From the human T2T-CHM13v2.0 reference genome, Homo sapiens, in assembly GCF_009914755.1 (NCBI RefSeq), contig NC_060926.1: a stretch of DNA of 64,000 nucleotides, one strand, 5' to 3'. The position numbers and the translations under genes are program-made. Positions within the stretch are counted from its first letter, which is position 1, and every line of letters starts with the position of its first letter. Below, piece after piece: positions 1 through 17,195 of the stretch. The notes under the pieces were generated by a model. The model made no database searches. It saw nothing but the letters and a program-made list of their open reading frames with translations, and was not told the DNA's origin.

Positions 1-394
1 TTAGCCAGGTCTACTAACTTGTCCCCTGCCCCACCTCCACTGGAGTCTGCCCTGGTTGCCAAGGCTGGTTTGGTTCAGTCTTTGTGTTTTTCTCAGTTTG
101 TTGTAACTGGCAGGGTCCTGACAACCTGAGGGACTTCACAGTGGCATCAGGCCCATGTAGGGTCTGCTATGGCCATGATGCTCTGTGTCACACTGGTCCT
201 AGAGATCCCACACCAGGCAGTGGGAGCAATGCCCAGGACCAGGCCCAGCTCCCCAAGGACTGTTGGGCAAGAGGGTGGTTTTGGTCATAGTCAGAGTTTA
301 GTTGAGAGCCTACTTTATGCAAGTAGAGACAGACTGGCCACTGCCATTTCTATCCTTCTAGGGGGAAAACATCACATTTTTGGAAACTCAGCCA

Positions 395-1850
<1,456 letters not shown>

Positions 1851-1909
1851 CCAAGAGAACCACCAAGCAGGGCTGCCACATTAAACACAGGACAGCCAGC
1901 TAAATTTGA

Positions 1910-2311
<402 letters not shown>

Positions 2312-2314
2312 TAG

Positions 2315-2663
<349 letters not shown>

Positions 2664-2809
2664 ATCTCTGCCCAACTTTCTACCTCCCTTCATCCTAATT
2701 GTCCTCCACAGCTCCTTTCCCACAGTCCTCGCCTGCACAGTAAGAGCTCCAGGCTATGCATCCAGACAGACTGATCTACTAAATGTGTGACCTCAAGCAA
2801 GTACCTTAA

Positions 2810-2811
<2 letters not shown>

Positions 2812-2856
<45 letters not shown>

Positions 2857-3137
2857 AGACACCGTATCACTCTGTCACCCAGGCTAGAGTGCAGTGGCGT
2901 GATCTCAGCTCAACACAACCTCTACCTCCTGGATTCAAGTGATTCTCATGCCTCAGCCTCCCAAGTAGCTGGGACTACAGGTGCACACCACCATGCCCCG
3001 CTAATTTTTGTATTTTTAGTAGAGATGGGGTTTCGCCATGTTGGCCAGGCTGGTCTCAAACTCCTGACCTCAGGTGATCCACCTGCCTTGGCCTCCCAAA
3101 GTACTGGGATTATAGGCGTGAGCCAATTTGCCCAGCC
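2812..3137 (-). mobile_element. AluS with (TG)n microsatellite in its tail (2812-2852), inserted in a MIR
   Basis: About 20 TG units abut the Alu; MIR-like sequence on both sides (tgtgacctcaagcaag ... cagtttccttgtctgtaaaa). Confidence 0.85.
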
Positions 3138-3599
3138 ACCTTAACCTTTTGTATGTCAGTTTCCTTGTCTGTAAAACCAGGATAAAAGTGGTACCTTTAC
3201 ATAAGGGATATGTTCAAATTAAGAGAAATAATATGTCAAACACTTGGAAGTATTTTTATACTTGCTGTATAAAACTTGCTGTATATAACTGTTTTATTCA
3301 ACTGAATTTAGTAAGCACTAAAGATGATAAAGCACAATAACCTACTATTAGCAGTTACTGAACAACTGTTTCTTGAGTTAGGCATTGTAACAACCACTGG
3401 GTGTATGAAGATAATGAAGACAAAGTTGCTGTCACTGGGGTCTCTACATGCAGAAAGGAAGATGAGAAAACAATAAGCAATGGGATGGAATGGAACATCA
3501 TATCATAAAGTAAGAGTTCATCAGCAACTGCTCTCCCCAGGGCCCAGTAAGGGACCCCTGACCCAGTCATTCATGAAGAGAAGGAGGCCATTACGGCAG

Positions 3600-4022
3600 A
3601 AGTAACAGAGGAAAGACAGGCTCAATTTTCCAACAAGCCAGATGCCCATAGAACTGAAGCTTGAGAAACTTCCATTTGTACAGTGAGTCACACCTGCTGC
3701 CTGTTGACCAGCTCCTCTTCTTCACCCCTCCCTAACTCCTGTTCTCCTGCACGTGGTTATGAGACAGACGCTAGACCCCTCATCTGACCACCTGCTGAGC
3801 AACTCTTCTTCCTTGCCCCACCTGTTTTCCTTCCCCTGCTATAATCTAAACCCCTAACTTTAGTTGGCGAGAGAAAGACATATTTGAGGCTTGCCTCCCA
3901 TCTCTCCAGCTGACGTCACCTGTAATAAAGCCATTTTCCTTGGCAATACTCACTGTCTCAGCGACTGGCTTTCTGTGTGGCAAGCAGCGGGACCTAGGCT
4001 GAACCCCTAGCAATCAGTAACA
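3600..4022 (+). mobile_element. ERV1-class solo LTR fragment (MER39/MER21-like)
   Basis: TATA-like tataa (~3840), AATAAA (~3924), terminal ...gtaaca; contains a TGACGTCA CRE at 3911. Family assigned by eye, 5' boundary uncertain. Confidence 0.5.
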
Positions 4023-4124
4023 GGCATTGCTGTTTTAAAGGCTCCAAGTCACTAAAGGAGATGAGGTTGAGAATATAGACAGCAGAACAGACAAATCATT
4101 AAAGATGCTGATGGTAGACAGTAC

Positions 4125-4350
4125 AGATTCTGGAGGTGGCCTGCTTGGGTTCAAATCCTTGTTCTACCGCTTAGCAGCTTGGTGACTTTGCGAAAATTAA
4201 ATGCCTCAGTTTCCAGGTCTATAAAATGGGGACAATAGTAATGGTAGTAATAACTACCTCATAGAGATGGGAGAAATTAAGTAATGGACATAAAGTGCTT
4301 AGCACTATGCCTGTATTGAAAGTAGTAAATGCTCAATACATGTTAGCGGC
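4125..4350 (+). mobile_element. MIR
   Basis: MIR core: gggttcaaatcc ... gcctcagtttcc..tctataaaatgggg ... aaagtgcttagcac. Confidence 0.75.
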
Positions 4351-4784
4351 TGCTGCTTTTAATATAGATCTAGATCTCTATCTTCCAAGATGACATAGGT
4401 ATAGATATATGAATAACTATAGATACCTCAGGGGAACCGCCTTCCTCACCATGTCCGCCCAGTTTTATGCTGGGAAACCGAATCATCTTAAGTCATTTCC
4501 TGGTAGACTTTGTTCACAACAGTTCTGTCCTAGCTGCTGAGAGGAAAGCATGAGTAGATTTTCTGTGCCTACCCTGTTCCCACCCACTAATTATTCTGGA
4601 CTCCTCAACCCTCCTTTCCAGATACCTGTCCCTGTCCAATCTCCTAAGTAACCAAGTCAATTAATATATAAAGGTTTAGCACTGAAGAACTGCCAGGAGC
4701 AGAGGGTCCCTGGTGGCTAAGCAGACTGTATTCTACCTCCCAGGTTTCTTCCTCCTTCCCTTGGAGGGTCTCTAGTTTCTATTG

Positions 4785-5742
4785 TGTAGGGGTGGGTTGC
4801 CCCTCCACACCTGTGGGTGTTTCTCGTAAGGTGGAACGAGAGACTTAGGAAAGAAAAAGACACAGACAAAGTATAGAGAAAGAAATAAGGGGACCCGGGG
4901 GACCAGCGTTCAGCATATGGAGGATCCCGCCAGCCTCTGAGTTCCCTTAGTATTTATTGATCATTCGTGGGTGTTTCTCCGAGAAGGGGATGTGTCAGGG
5001 TCACAAGACAATTGTGGGGAGAGGGTCAGCAGACAAACACGTGAACAAAGGTCTTTGCATCATAGACAAGGTAAAGGATTAAGTGCTGTGCTTTTAGATA
5101 TGCATACACATAAACATCTCAATGCTTTACAAAGCAGTATTGCTGCCCGCAGGTGCCACCTCCAGCCCTAAGGCGGTTTTTCCCTATCTCAGTAGATGGA
5201 ACATACAATCGGGTTTTATACCGAGACATTCCATTGCCCAGGGACGGGCAGGAGACAGACGCCTTCCTCTTGTCTCAACTGCAAGAGGCATGCCTTCCTC
5301 TTATACTAATCCTCCTCAGCACAGACCCTTTACGGGTGTCGGGCTGGGGGACGGTCAGGTCTTTCCCTTCCCACGAGGCCATATTTCAGACTATCACATG
5401 GGGAGAAACCTTGGACAATACCTGGCTTTCCTAGGCAGAGGTCCCTGCGGCCTTCCGCAGTTTTTGTGTCCCTGGGTACTTGAGATTAGGGAGTGGTGAT
5501 GACTCTTAATGAGCATGCTGCCTTCAAGCATCTGTTTAACAAAGCACATCTTGCACCGCCCTTAATCCATTCAACTCTGAGTTGACACAGCACATGTTTC
5601 AGAGAGCACGGGGTTGGGGGTAAGGTCACAGAATCTCAAGGCAGAAGAATTTTTCTTAGTACATAACAAAATGGAGTCTCCTATGTCTACTTCTTTCTAC
5701 ACAGACACAGTAACAATCTGATCTCTCTTGCTTTTCCCCACA
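4785..5742 (-). mobile_element. HERV-K (HML-2) solo LTR, LTR5_Hs-like, 958 bp
   Basis: Minus strand starts TGTGGGGAAAAGCAAGAGAGATCAGATTGTTACTG and ends ...CCCACCCCTACA; perfect 6-bp TSD CTATTG at 4779-4784 and 5743-5748. Confidence 0.95.
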
Positions 5743-5764
5743 CTATTGCCTTTGTCATCCTCAC

Positions 5765-5820
5765 CCATCCATCCATCCATCCAGCCAGCCAGCCAGCCAG
5801 CCATTCATTCAGCCATCCAT
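5765..5820. repeat. (CCAT)n/(CCAG)n tetranucleotide microsatellite
   Basis: Direct reading. Confidence 0.8.
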
Positions 5821-5844
5821 GTGGCCATCCAAACATCTATCAAC

Positions 5845-6040
5845 CAGGGGCAATTTTGCAAGGAACTTCCAGCAATGCCTAGAGATAGATATTCTTTGGT
5901 TATCACAATTGGTGGTGAGGAGCAGGATGCTTCTGGCATCCAGTAGTTGGAGACCAGGGATGTTACTAATGCAGAGGACAGCCCATACAACTGAGTTTTT
6001 CAGCCTAAAATAACAATGGTCCCAAGGTTGTGAAACTCTG
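5845..6040. mobile_element. MER20-like hAT MITE
   Basis: caggggcaattttg ... tggcatccagtag..ggagaccagggatg ... aaggttgtgaaac. Confidence 0.65.
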
Positions 6041-6519
6041 TATCCAGCCAGCCATCCTACCATCCAGGCATATCTTTATCTATTTATTCCTTCTGTATTT
6101 ACCTTAACGACTATGTGGTTCATCCTGGAAAGACTACAGGTAAGGTTTGCTCATAGGCCCCCATCCCAATCTTTAATGGTGTTTTATACCTTCCCATTCA
6201 TGTCTGAGAAGATAATTTAGTTATTAAAAGACAGAAAATACCTTAACAATGTACTTTGGTCTCTGGATATGTCTACTGGCACTGGCAGGTGGGGGGCTGT
6301 CTAGACAGACACCCAGAAACATTCCCCACTTCTTGAGCAGGAATCCCAGTGACCAGGGACTCACTGATACTAGGGAATCTCACAAGGTGATCAGTTTGCA
6401 GTGCAGAGTGGCACCATCCCCACGGATCTCTCCCTGTGGCTGCCAGGCAGGACACCCAAGACTTCCAGTCTCTGTCTTCGTCTTACCCTGCTTCTCTGCA
6501 GCATGTGACACAGTTGACT

Positions 6520-7135
6520 ACACCTTCCCTGTTAGAGCATGATCCTCCCTTGGCTTCTGTGCACCACACATTCCTGATAGAAGGAGGCCTCCTCGTCACC
6601 GTGCTGGTTTCTTCCCCTCTTCTGCTCAACCTCTAAATGTGCACAAGCCCCAAGGCTTCATCCTGGCCTTTGGCTGCTCCTTCTATGGGTTATTCCCAGG
6701 TATTCTCATTCAGCCTCATGACTTTCAATTCCCTGTAAGCTGAATCCCAAATCTGTATCTCCAGCCCAGCCTCCTCCCAGGATCCACGTATCAAACTGCT
6801 ACTTAATGTCTCCTGGATGCTTAAAGGACATCTCAAACCCAACACAACTGAGATAATTCTCCCCCATTCCCCTCTCCACGGGCTTCCATTTCACAACCAT
6901 CTACCCTGTTCTTTAGACCAAAAGCCTGGGAGTCATCCTGGAGTCCTCTCTTTCCTTCCTACCTCCCCTCACATCCAATTCTTCTCCATGTTCTTCTGAC
7001 TCTATTTACAAACATAGTGCAACTCCACCCACTTCTCTCTATATCCCAGAATATAAAGCCTCCCTAAAAGCAGGGACCCGGTCAATCCCTCACTGTTATT
7101 TCCAGTGCCTGGCACACAGTAGGTGCTCATTAAAT
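6520..7135. mobile_element. L2 LINE fragments
   Basis: Pyrimidine-rich L2-like body (cccaaatctgtatctccagccc) ending in cagtgcctggcacacagtaggtgctca. Confidence 0.65.
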
Positions 7136-7630
7136 GAAACTTCAGGTGGGTGGTGAACACCCTTCTCCTAAGTCAAGCGAAATTAGAAACCAAAAGGTTG
7201 TCTAGTAGGCATCCGACAGGGCAGCAGGCAGCACAGTGGAGGGGGTGTCTCAAGGACTATTTCAGCAGATGATGGAAATACGCAATGACTTTCCCCAGAC
7301 CTGCAGACTCGATTTGTTGTTTAGTTCGCTCTGAACTTCATGTGTCCCTTCCTTGGGCTTGATTCACCTCCACCCCTTAGCAAGCAGCTGGTGCTTATTA
7401 CACTGTTGGTTAAATGAATGAGTTTTTGAAAGCTTTCAAGTCCCTATCCTTTGAGCTCCCTGTTCTACCTCCTCTGAACACATTCTTTCCTCACACCAGG
7501 TACAGCATGACTAGTTAGGCCTCAGCTTGCCTAAGGCCTATTTACAAATAATGTCTTAGAGTGGGTCATTCCTTTCAACCATTATACTTTGATTTTTCTT
7601 AATTTCATTCTAAGGATCACATTATCTAAG

Positions 7631-8013
7631 TGTGTTAGTTTGCTAAGGTTGCCGTAACAAAGTACCGCGGACTGGGTGGCTGGAAGTCCAAGACCAAGGT
7701 GTCTGCAGGGTTGGTTTCTCCAGAGGCCTCTCTCCCTGGCTTGTAGATGCCATCTTCTCCCAAGGGGTCTCGTGGTCCCCCTTTTGTGTGTGTCTGTGTC
7801 CGAATCTCCTCTTCTTATAAGGACAGTGATGTAAAAGGAATGAAGGGGGCGGGGGGGTGGCCAGCACTGGATTAGGACCCACTCTAATGACCTCATTTTA
7901 ATTTAATTACCTCTTTAAAGACCCTATCTCCAAATACAGTCCCATTCTGAGGTATTGGAGATTAAGACTTCAACATATGAATTGAGGATAGGGGTACAAT
8001 TTAGCCCATTAAA
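7631..8013 (-). mobile_element. MLT1 (MaLR) solo LTR
   Basis: tgtgttagtttgctaaggttgccgtaacaaagtacc ... aaagaccctatctccaaatacagtc. Confidence 0.8.
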
Positions 8014-8737
8014 CTGTCACCAATTCCTAGACTTAACTTTTTTATTGACAACAATAATTACAGATGAAAAAATGTCCTTAAGCATAGCCCAAAAGACAGC
8101 TCAAGTTCTAAAAAGAAATGCCTCCCATACCCAGGCCAAAGAGGTCCACACTCCCTAAACAAGTACAAACTGCTAGGGGGACCCACATGCCCTTATCCCT
8201 GTGGATGAACCTGAACTTTAATCTTGTGGGTGAAACACAACTGCGTTGTGAAACATGAATATGAAAGAACAGACAAGGTAACCAGATGCATGTGCTACAG
8301 TTTTTCCTGATTGAGTTTCCACTTCTACAACAAATAGACTCTGGATTTGACAAGAGTGGGTGATCTCTAGTAGACCCGTCTTGCCCCGGCTGACTCCTGT
8401 TCATCAGCTCATCACTTCAACGATGCCTCCCCAGAAAAGCCCACCCTGACTACCCTAGCCAATGCTGGCCACCCCCCACCCTTCATTCCTCTTACGTCAC
8501 TGTTTTATTTTCTTCAAAGCACTTACTCTTGGAAATAATCACACTTATTTACTTGCTTATTGCCTGTCTCCTTTCTTTAGAACATAGACGAAAGGGAATA
8601 GTAGGGCCCTTGTCTATCTTGGTTCAAGCCTGAATCCCCACAGCCTGGTGCATGAGACACCTCGCTCAATCAATAGGCATTGAATGAATGAATAAGACGC
8701 TGCTGCACTTTTAAGAGTAAGTGTGACTTTCAGGTGA

Positions 8738-9043
<306 letters not shown>

Positions 9044-9220
9044 TCAAGTGACTTTTTCATATTCACCTTCCAAACTGTATTTGTCTTTTTCTGAGTCTAA
9101 AGTGGTTAAAAATCATTTGCCTTCCTTCTGGGCGGTGACTCAAACTTGTAGCCGGGAAGGAAGGCGGAGGAGGGGAGTTCGGGGTGGAACTCAACAGTAG
9201 CAGAAGCGCGGCCCTGCAGA

Positions 9221-9239
9221 CTGCCACAAGGGGGCGCCG
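9221..9239 (+). promoter_or_regulatory. CTCF motif in a small CpG-rich patch (~9150-9420)
   Basis: CTGCCACAAGGGGGCGCCG versus consensus TGGCCACCAGGGGGCGCTA. Confidence 0.7.
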
Positions 9240-10132
9240 CCGGAACCCAGTTTCTCTCGAGGTCTTCGCCCCGAGCGAGGCCCGGCGGGGACTCCCGGAG
9301 GCCTCAAGGGCCCTCAGCTAGGCGCCACCACCTCCAGGCCTGCGGTCCGCGAACGTGCCTCTTGCCCTCTGCAGGTTCTCCCAACCGCGGGAAGAGAGGT
9401 CCGGCCCGCGACGGAGTTCCCAGGAAGAAGGCTGGCTGCAAAAACATTCCCTTCGCAGCAACTACAAATACAGAATTCCTAGGAAGAAATTTATAATCTA
9501 CCTAAAGAAAGGCACAAAGCTTTACTACGGACCATAAAGCTTAAAGTAAATGGAGAGACAAACCACATTCTTGGATGGGAAGATTATGAAAATGCTGATT
9601 CTCCCCAAAATTAAAGCAAATCCAATTTAAATCCCAACAGGTTTTTGCAAACAAGTAGCAAACCATTCTAAAATTTGTCTTGAAAAGCCAACACATTGCA
9701 ATAGTCAAGATCATTAAAAAAAAAAAAAAAGTAGTGATGACCAACAATTTTGATGTTTGTTTATGTGTGTCTATCAGTGCTGGAAGGAAATATTGGTGAA
9801 TATATAAGGAGGAGAGGAACTTTCTGCGTGCACAAGCAAGGAATAAACCATAATAGAAAAGTTTGATAGATTTATGTATCAAAAGAGCCTATGAATGCAA
9901 TAAAGAGGCAGATGTCAAAATGGAAAAATACCAGTGACTTCTGATGGACACAGGTAATATTCTTAATATACAGAGGGGTCTTCTCTGTTTTTTATGAAGA
10001 TCAACAGACAAATAGAAAACTGGGAAAGGACACAGGCAGACTATTCAGAAAGAACTATTTGACCAATAAACACATAGGAAAATATTCCAGACCTCCCAGT
10101 AATCAGAGAGGTGCAAATTAAAACAACATGAT

Positions 10133-10737
10133 GGCCGGGTGCAGGAGCTCATGCCTGTAATCCTAGCACTCTGGGAGGCCGAAGTGGAAGGATCACTTGA
10201 GACCAGGAGTTCGAGACCAGCCTGGGCAACATGGAGAAACCCCATCTCTACAAAAAAGGCCAGGGATGGTGGCTCATGCCTGTAATTCCAGCACTTTGGG
10301 AGGCCGAAGCGGGCAGATCACTTGAGGTCAGGAGTTCGAGAGCAGCCTGTCCAACATGGTGAAACCCTGTCTCTACTAAAAATGCAAAAATTAGCTGGAC
10401 GTGGTGGAGGTGGGCGCCTGTAATCCCAGCTACCCTGGAGGCTGAGGAGGAGAATCGCTTGAACTCGGGAGGTGCAGGTTGCATTGAGCTGAGATCGTGC
10501 CACTGCACCCCAGCCTGGGCGACGGAGGGAGATTTCGTCTCAAAAAACAAAAACGAACAAACAAACAAAAATTAGCCAGGCGTGGTGGCATGCTCCGGTA
10601 GTACCAGCTATTCAGGAGGCTGGAGTGGGAGGATTGGTTGAGCCCAGGAGGTCGAGGATGCAGTGAACCAAGGTTGCACCACTGCACTCCAGCCTGGGCC
10701 ACAGAGCGAGACCCTGTCTCGAAACAAAACAAAACAA
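10133..10737 (+). mobile_element. Nested Alus: AluS (10258-10567) inserted in the A-rich linker of an older AluJ
   Basis: Order is left arm, complete Alu, then AluJ-like right arm. Confidence 0.8.
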
Positions 10738-11373
10738 CCTCCCGCCCCTTCCAAAAACTCATGACGCTCTCTTCTCCCTCCAAACAGGCAAATATTAACT
10801 AAAAAGATGGCCCCAGAACTTGGGATATCCCTTCCTCCAGCCAGTTTCTACCGCGCATCTCCCACGGCCGGGCTCGCTCCCAGACGCGGGCGGATGCGCA
10901 GTGAAAACGCTGAGCAAAGCTCCTGCTGTCCTGGGGCCCACACTCTAGGGACAAAGGCGGGAACGCGGGGATGCGCGACAAAACAGATAATGCGTCACAC
11001 ACTAGCGAGCAATGCGTGCTATAAAGAAAAATCACGCGGTAGGGGCAGAGAGTGAGGGGGGTACCATTCGATGGGGAGGCCGGGGAAGGCAGGGGTGCCG
11101 AGGGGCCCCCAGACCTGGATGACGTCAGTCAACCACGCACAGGTGCTGGAAAGGATGTTCCGGGCTACAGGGGCCAAAGCCTGTATGCAGGAGCGGGGCA
11201 GGTGTGTTCAGGAGAGGGGAGGAGAGGGCAGAGGGGAGGCCAGCGCGCCTGCCTGGGCCTGGTAGAGTAGGGTGTGGAGCCCCCTGGCCAGGCTTGGGGT
11301 TAATTCTGAATGACAGAGGAAGCCGGGGAGGGTGTTTGGCCAGGGGCTAGGCAGGATTGATTTATGTTCTCAA

Positions 11374-11392
11374 GTGCGCCCCCTGGCGGCTG
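11374..11392 (-). promoter_or_regulatory. CTCF motif in a CpG-rich patch (~10850-11600)
   Basis: Reverse complement reads CAGCCGCCAGGGGGCGCAC; full CRE TGACGTCA nearby at 11120-11127. Confidence 0.7.
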
Positions 11393-11955
11393 CGGGGAGA
11401 ACAGCCTTGGCGGGGGCGGTGGAGGCGCCAGGTGAGAGACCAGATGAGATGGTCCCAACGAAAGGATGGCGTGGACCACGGTGGGAGAAACGGTCCCATC
11501 TGGACAGACTTTGGAGGAATAGCCTGGGGACTTACGCAGAGATTCGGTGTAGGGTGTGAAACAAAGAGGGGAGACGAGGATGGCTTCGAGTTTTGGCCTG
11601 GGCTGCTGGGACAGAGTTGTCCTGGCTGGAATGGTGAAGGCTGGGAGAGGGGCAGGTTTGGAAGAGAACGTACTGTGATGGCGGGAATGTACAGAGCCAC
11701 AGCTTTTTAGAAGAGCAGATTGTCAATATTTGTCAAATATTTTGCGAGGTGCAGGCCATTTAAACCAGCTAACCCACTTGTAGCAATTTATCTTAGAAAA
11801 ACAGCAGGCTAGGAAGAAAGGAAGCTCACTGGGCATATACATATCTTCAAGGCTGCTTTGCTTGCAAAAGCAAACGTTTGGAAAAACATAAATATTTTCA
11901 ATCAAATAAAATTCAGTGCAGCAAAAGATGGAACCCTATACATCCATTAAAATAT

Positions 11956-12120
11956 TGGGGAGGGGGGAGGGATAGCATTAGGAGATATACCTAATGCTAA
12001 ATGACGAGTTAATGGGTGCAGCACACCAGCATGGCACATGTATACATACGTAACTAACATTGTGCACATGTACCCTAAAACTTAAAGTATAATAATAATT
12101 TTTTTTAAAAAAGAAAAAAA
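11956..12120 (+). mobile_element. Severely 5'-truncated young L1 (L1PA2/3-like 3' end)
   Basis: ggggaggggggagggatagcattaggagatatacctaatgctaaatgacgagttaatgggtgcagcacaccagcatggc...cttaaagtataataa followed by an A-rich tail. Confidence 0.85.
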
Positions 12121-12310
12121 TATATATATAATCTGCCCTGGATGACATGGGGAGGTGATCAGAAAATTTGAGGTGAAAAACAGCAGATCAGAAAATTATA
12201 CAATCTCACTTTTTACAAAATCAGCTTTGTAGGTGTGCGTATGTAGGTAGAGAAAACCTGGAAGAATATACAGTGATTGCACATTGAGCTGGATAACAGC
12301 AGGTATCCTA

Positions 12311-13104
<794 letters not shown>

Positions 13105-14077
13105 GCTGACTTGCTATCTCATCTGAAATTTCCACACTACATAATATATTTATCTTCAGAAAACCTAAGCATTTTCATTTTAAATAGAAAATTTAATTAA
13201 CAATTAAGTTATCTGGTATAATAACTTAATTGGGTAAAAACAACTTTCAAATTTGTATTCCTGTTGATGGCATTTTCATTTTCTGAGCGTTATTCTGAAA
13301 AATTCAGGTAAAACAATGTTATTGTTTTAAAAAATGTTTTAAATTGAAAAAAAAATTCAACACCCTGCTGGGGAGGCTGTCAGAAGGAGGTAGCAGTAGT
13401 GGCAGTGCTGGTTGGTTTGACCGAGGAGACCTTTGTGAAGAGCAATGAAGATATCCATTGCAGTGTTGTTTATAACAGTGAAAAACTGGACGCCATCCAA
13501 ACAGCTGAAAGTTCTCTGGGTTATAGCACCTCCCAGCTCTACACCATTTATCTCATTTAATTCTAATCTTATTATTTAGCCATTATTACCTGTGAAATAG
13601 ATAATGTTTCCCCCAATTCGTAGACAGAAACATAATGAATATGAGAAAAGGAGTTCATCTTCACTAGCAATGTTTTAAAGTTAGGAAAAGAAGAACAGAA
13701 CAATATGAATAGAAAGAAATTACTGTCATTGTTTTAAATGCAGAAATAAGGTAATCAGAAAACAAAAAAATATATAATCGATACATCCAAAAGCTGGTTC
13801 TTTCAAAAAAAACCATAATCAGCAAGTATCTGGCACTTCCACTTTTTCTGAATTAAAACAACAACAAGAAAACATGACAATATTGAGGTATATGTTCTTA
13901 TGAAATTAAAGGACATGTTTTAAATGACTTCACTAACTGTTGATGAGAGCATGGTGTCACCAGTTCTCGCAAGTATGGCTGATGATAAATTGAAAAAAAA
14001 TTCTGGAGAGGAATTTAGCAACTTTTATAAAAAAGCCTAGTATATGGGGATGAAGATTTGTACACAAAGATGTTTAC

Positions 14078-14608
<531 letters not shown>

Positions 14609-14764
14609 TAAACTTAATTACATCTGCAAAGTTCTTTTCATCGTGTAAGGTAACAGGTTCCAGAGATTAGGATATGGATATCCTTGAGAGAAGGAGGAGG
14701 GATTCTGCCTTCCACAGGAGAAAATGTTGAAATTACCTTCAAGAGAAAAAAAGCAGGATGTTAA

Positions 14765-14965
14765 TCAGGGTTTCTCAACCTTGGAGCTATTGATATTTTA
14801 GACTGGATAGTTCTTTGTCGTGAGGACGGTCCTGTGCATTACAGAATGTTCAGCAGCAGCCCTGGCTTCTACCCACTAGAGCCCAGTGACACACACAACC
14901 CTCCAGCTGTGACAACTGAAAATCTCTCTAAATGTCCCTGTTGAGGAAGGTCAAAATCGCCCCCA
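14765..14965. mobile_element. MER20-like MITE, followed by (CA)n tracts at 14973-15050
   Basis: cagggtttctcaaccttgg..ctattgatattt ... gtgacaactgaaaat. Confidence 0.7.
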
Positions 14966-15786
14966 ACCAGGAACACACACACACACACACACACACACAG
15001 TGTGGTCCTAATTCTGTAAAAAACAGCACACACACACACACACACACGCACAGGCGTGCATGCTCGTATATACGTAGACTACAAACTCTTGAAGAAAAAT
15101 AACAAAATATTAATAGAGGTTATCATGGGTTTTGTCATAATAGTTGTTTTTTGTTCTTTATGCTTTTCTCTGCCTTTCAAGTTGGAATAGCTCTTACTTT
15201 TAAGCATTATTTTACAAAGCAATTTTGCTCCAAATAGATTTTCAAACATGAAATTTATGTTTTTATTCCTAGGAGAAGTGCTACTTGATAGCACTTTGCT
15301 GTTCTAATGTACTGTTGGATTTTTAAAATCTCTATTCATAACTAAGTGATGTTTTTTTCTTTTACTTGTCAGATTTTTGTGTCAGAATACATAATCTATG
15401 CTAAAATTAATTGAAGCATCAGTGGAATTGGCAGTGCCTTTTGTCTGAAAGAACCATCCAGTTAAATGGTTGGGCTGCTCAGAGCTGTTTTTTGGAGATA
15501 ATTGCTTGAGAACTTTTTCCAGTAGTTTCCTTGATTACAGGGTATTATCATTTTCTACTTCTTCTTGAGTCCATTTTGGCCATTTATCCTTTTTCATAAA
15601 ATCACGCACATCAGGGCATTTATATTCATTAGATAGGACTGTATAGAAAAATACCTTATAATTTGTCATATCCACTCTATCTATAGTTTTTTCTCTTATT
15701 TATTCATTATATTTTCCCAAGATTTGTCTCTTTCTATTGATTTTTTCAGAAGAACTGCCTCTTCATTATACTTATCAGTTCTTTAG

Positions 15787-17195
<1,409 letters not shown>

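Noticed and set aside
4971-5499. ORFs within the HERV-K LTR as viral proteins
   Set aside because: They lie antisense inside a solo LTR; no gag/pol/env internal sequence is present
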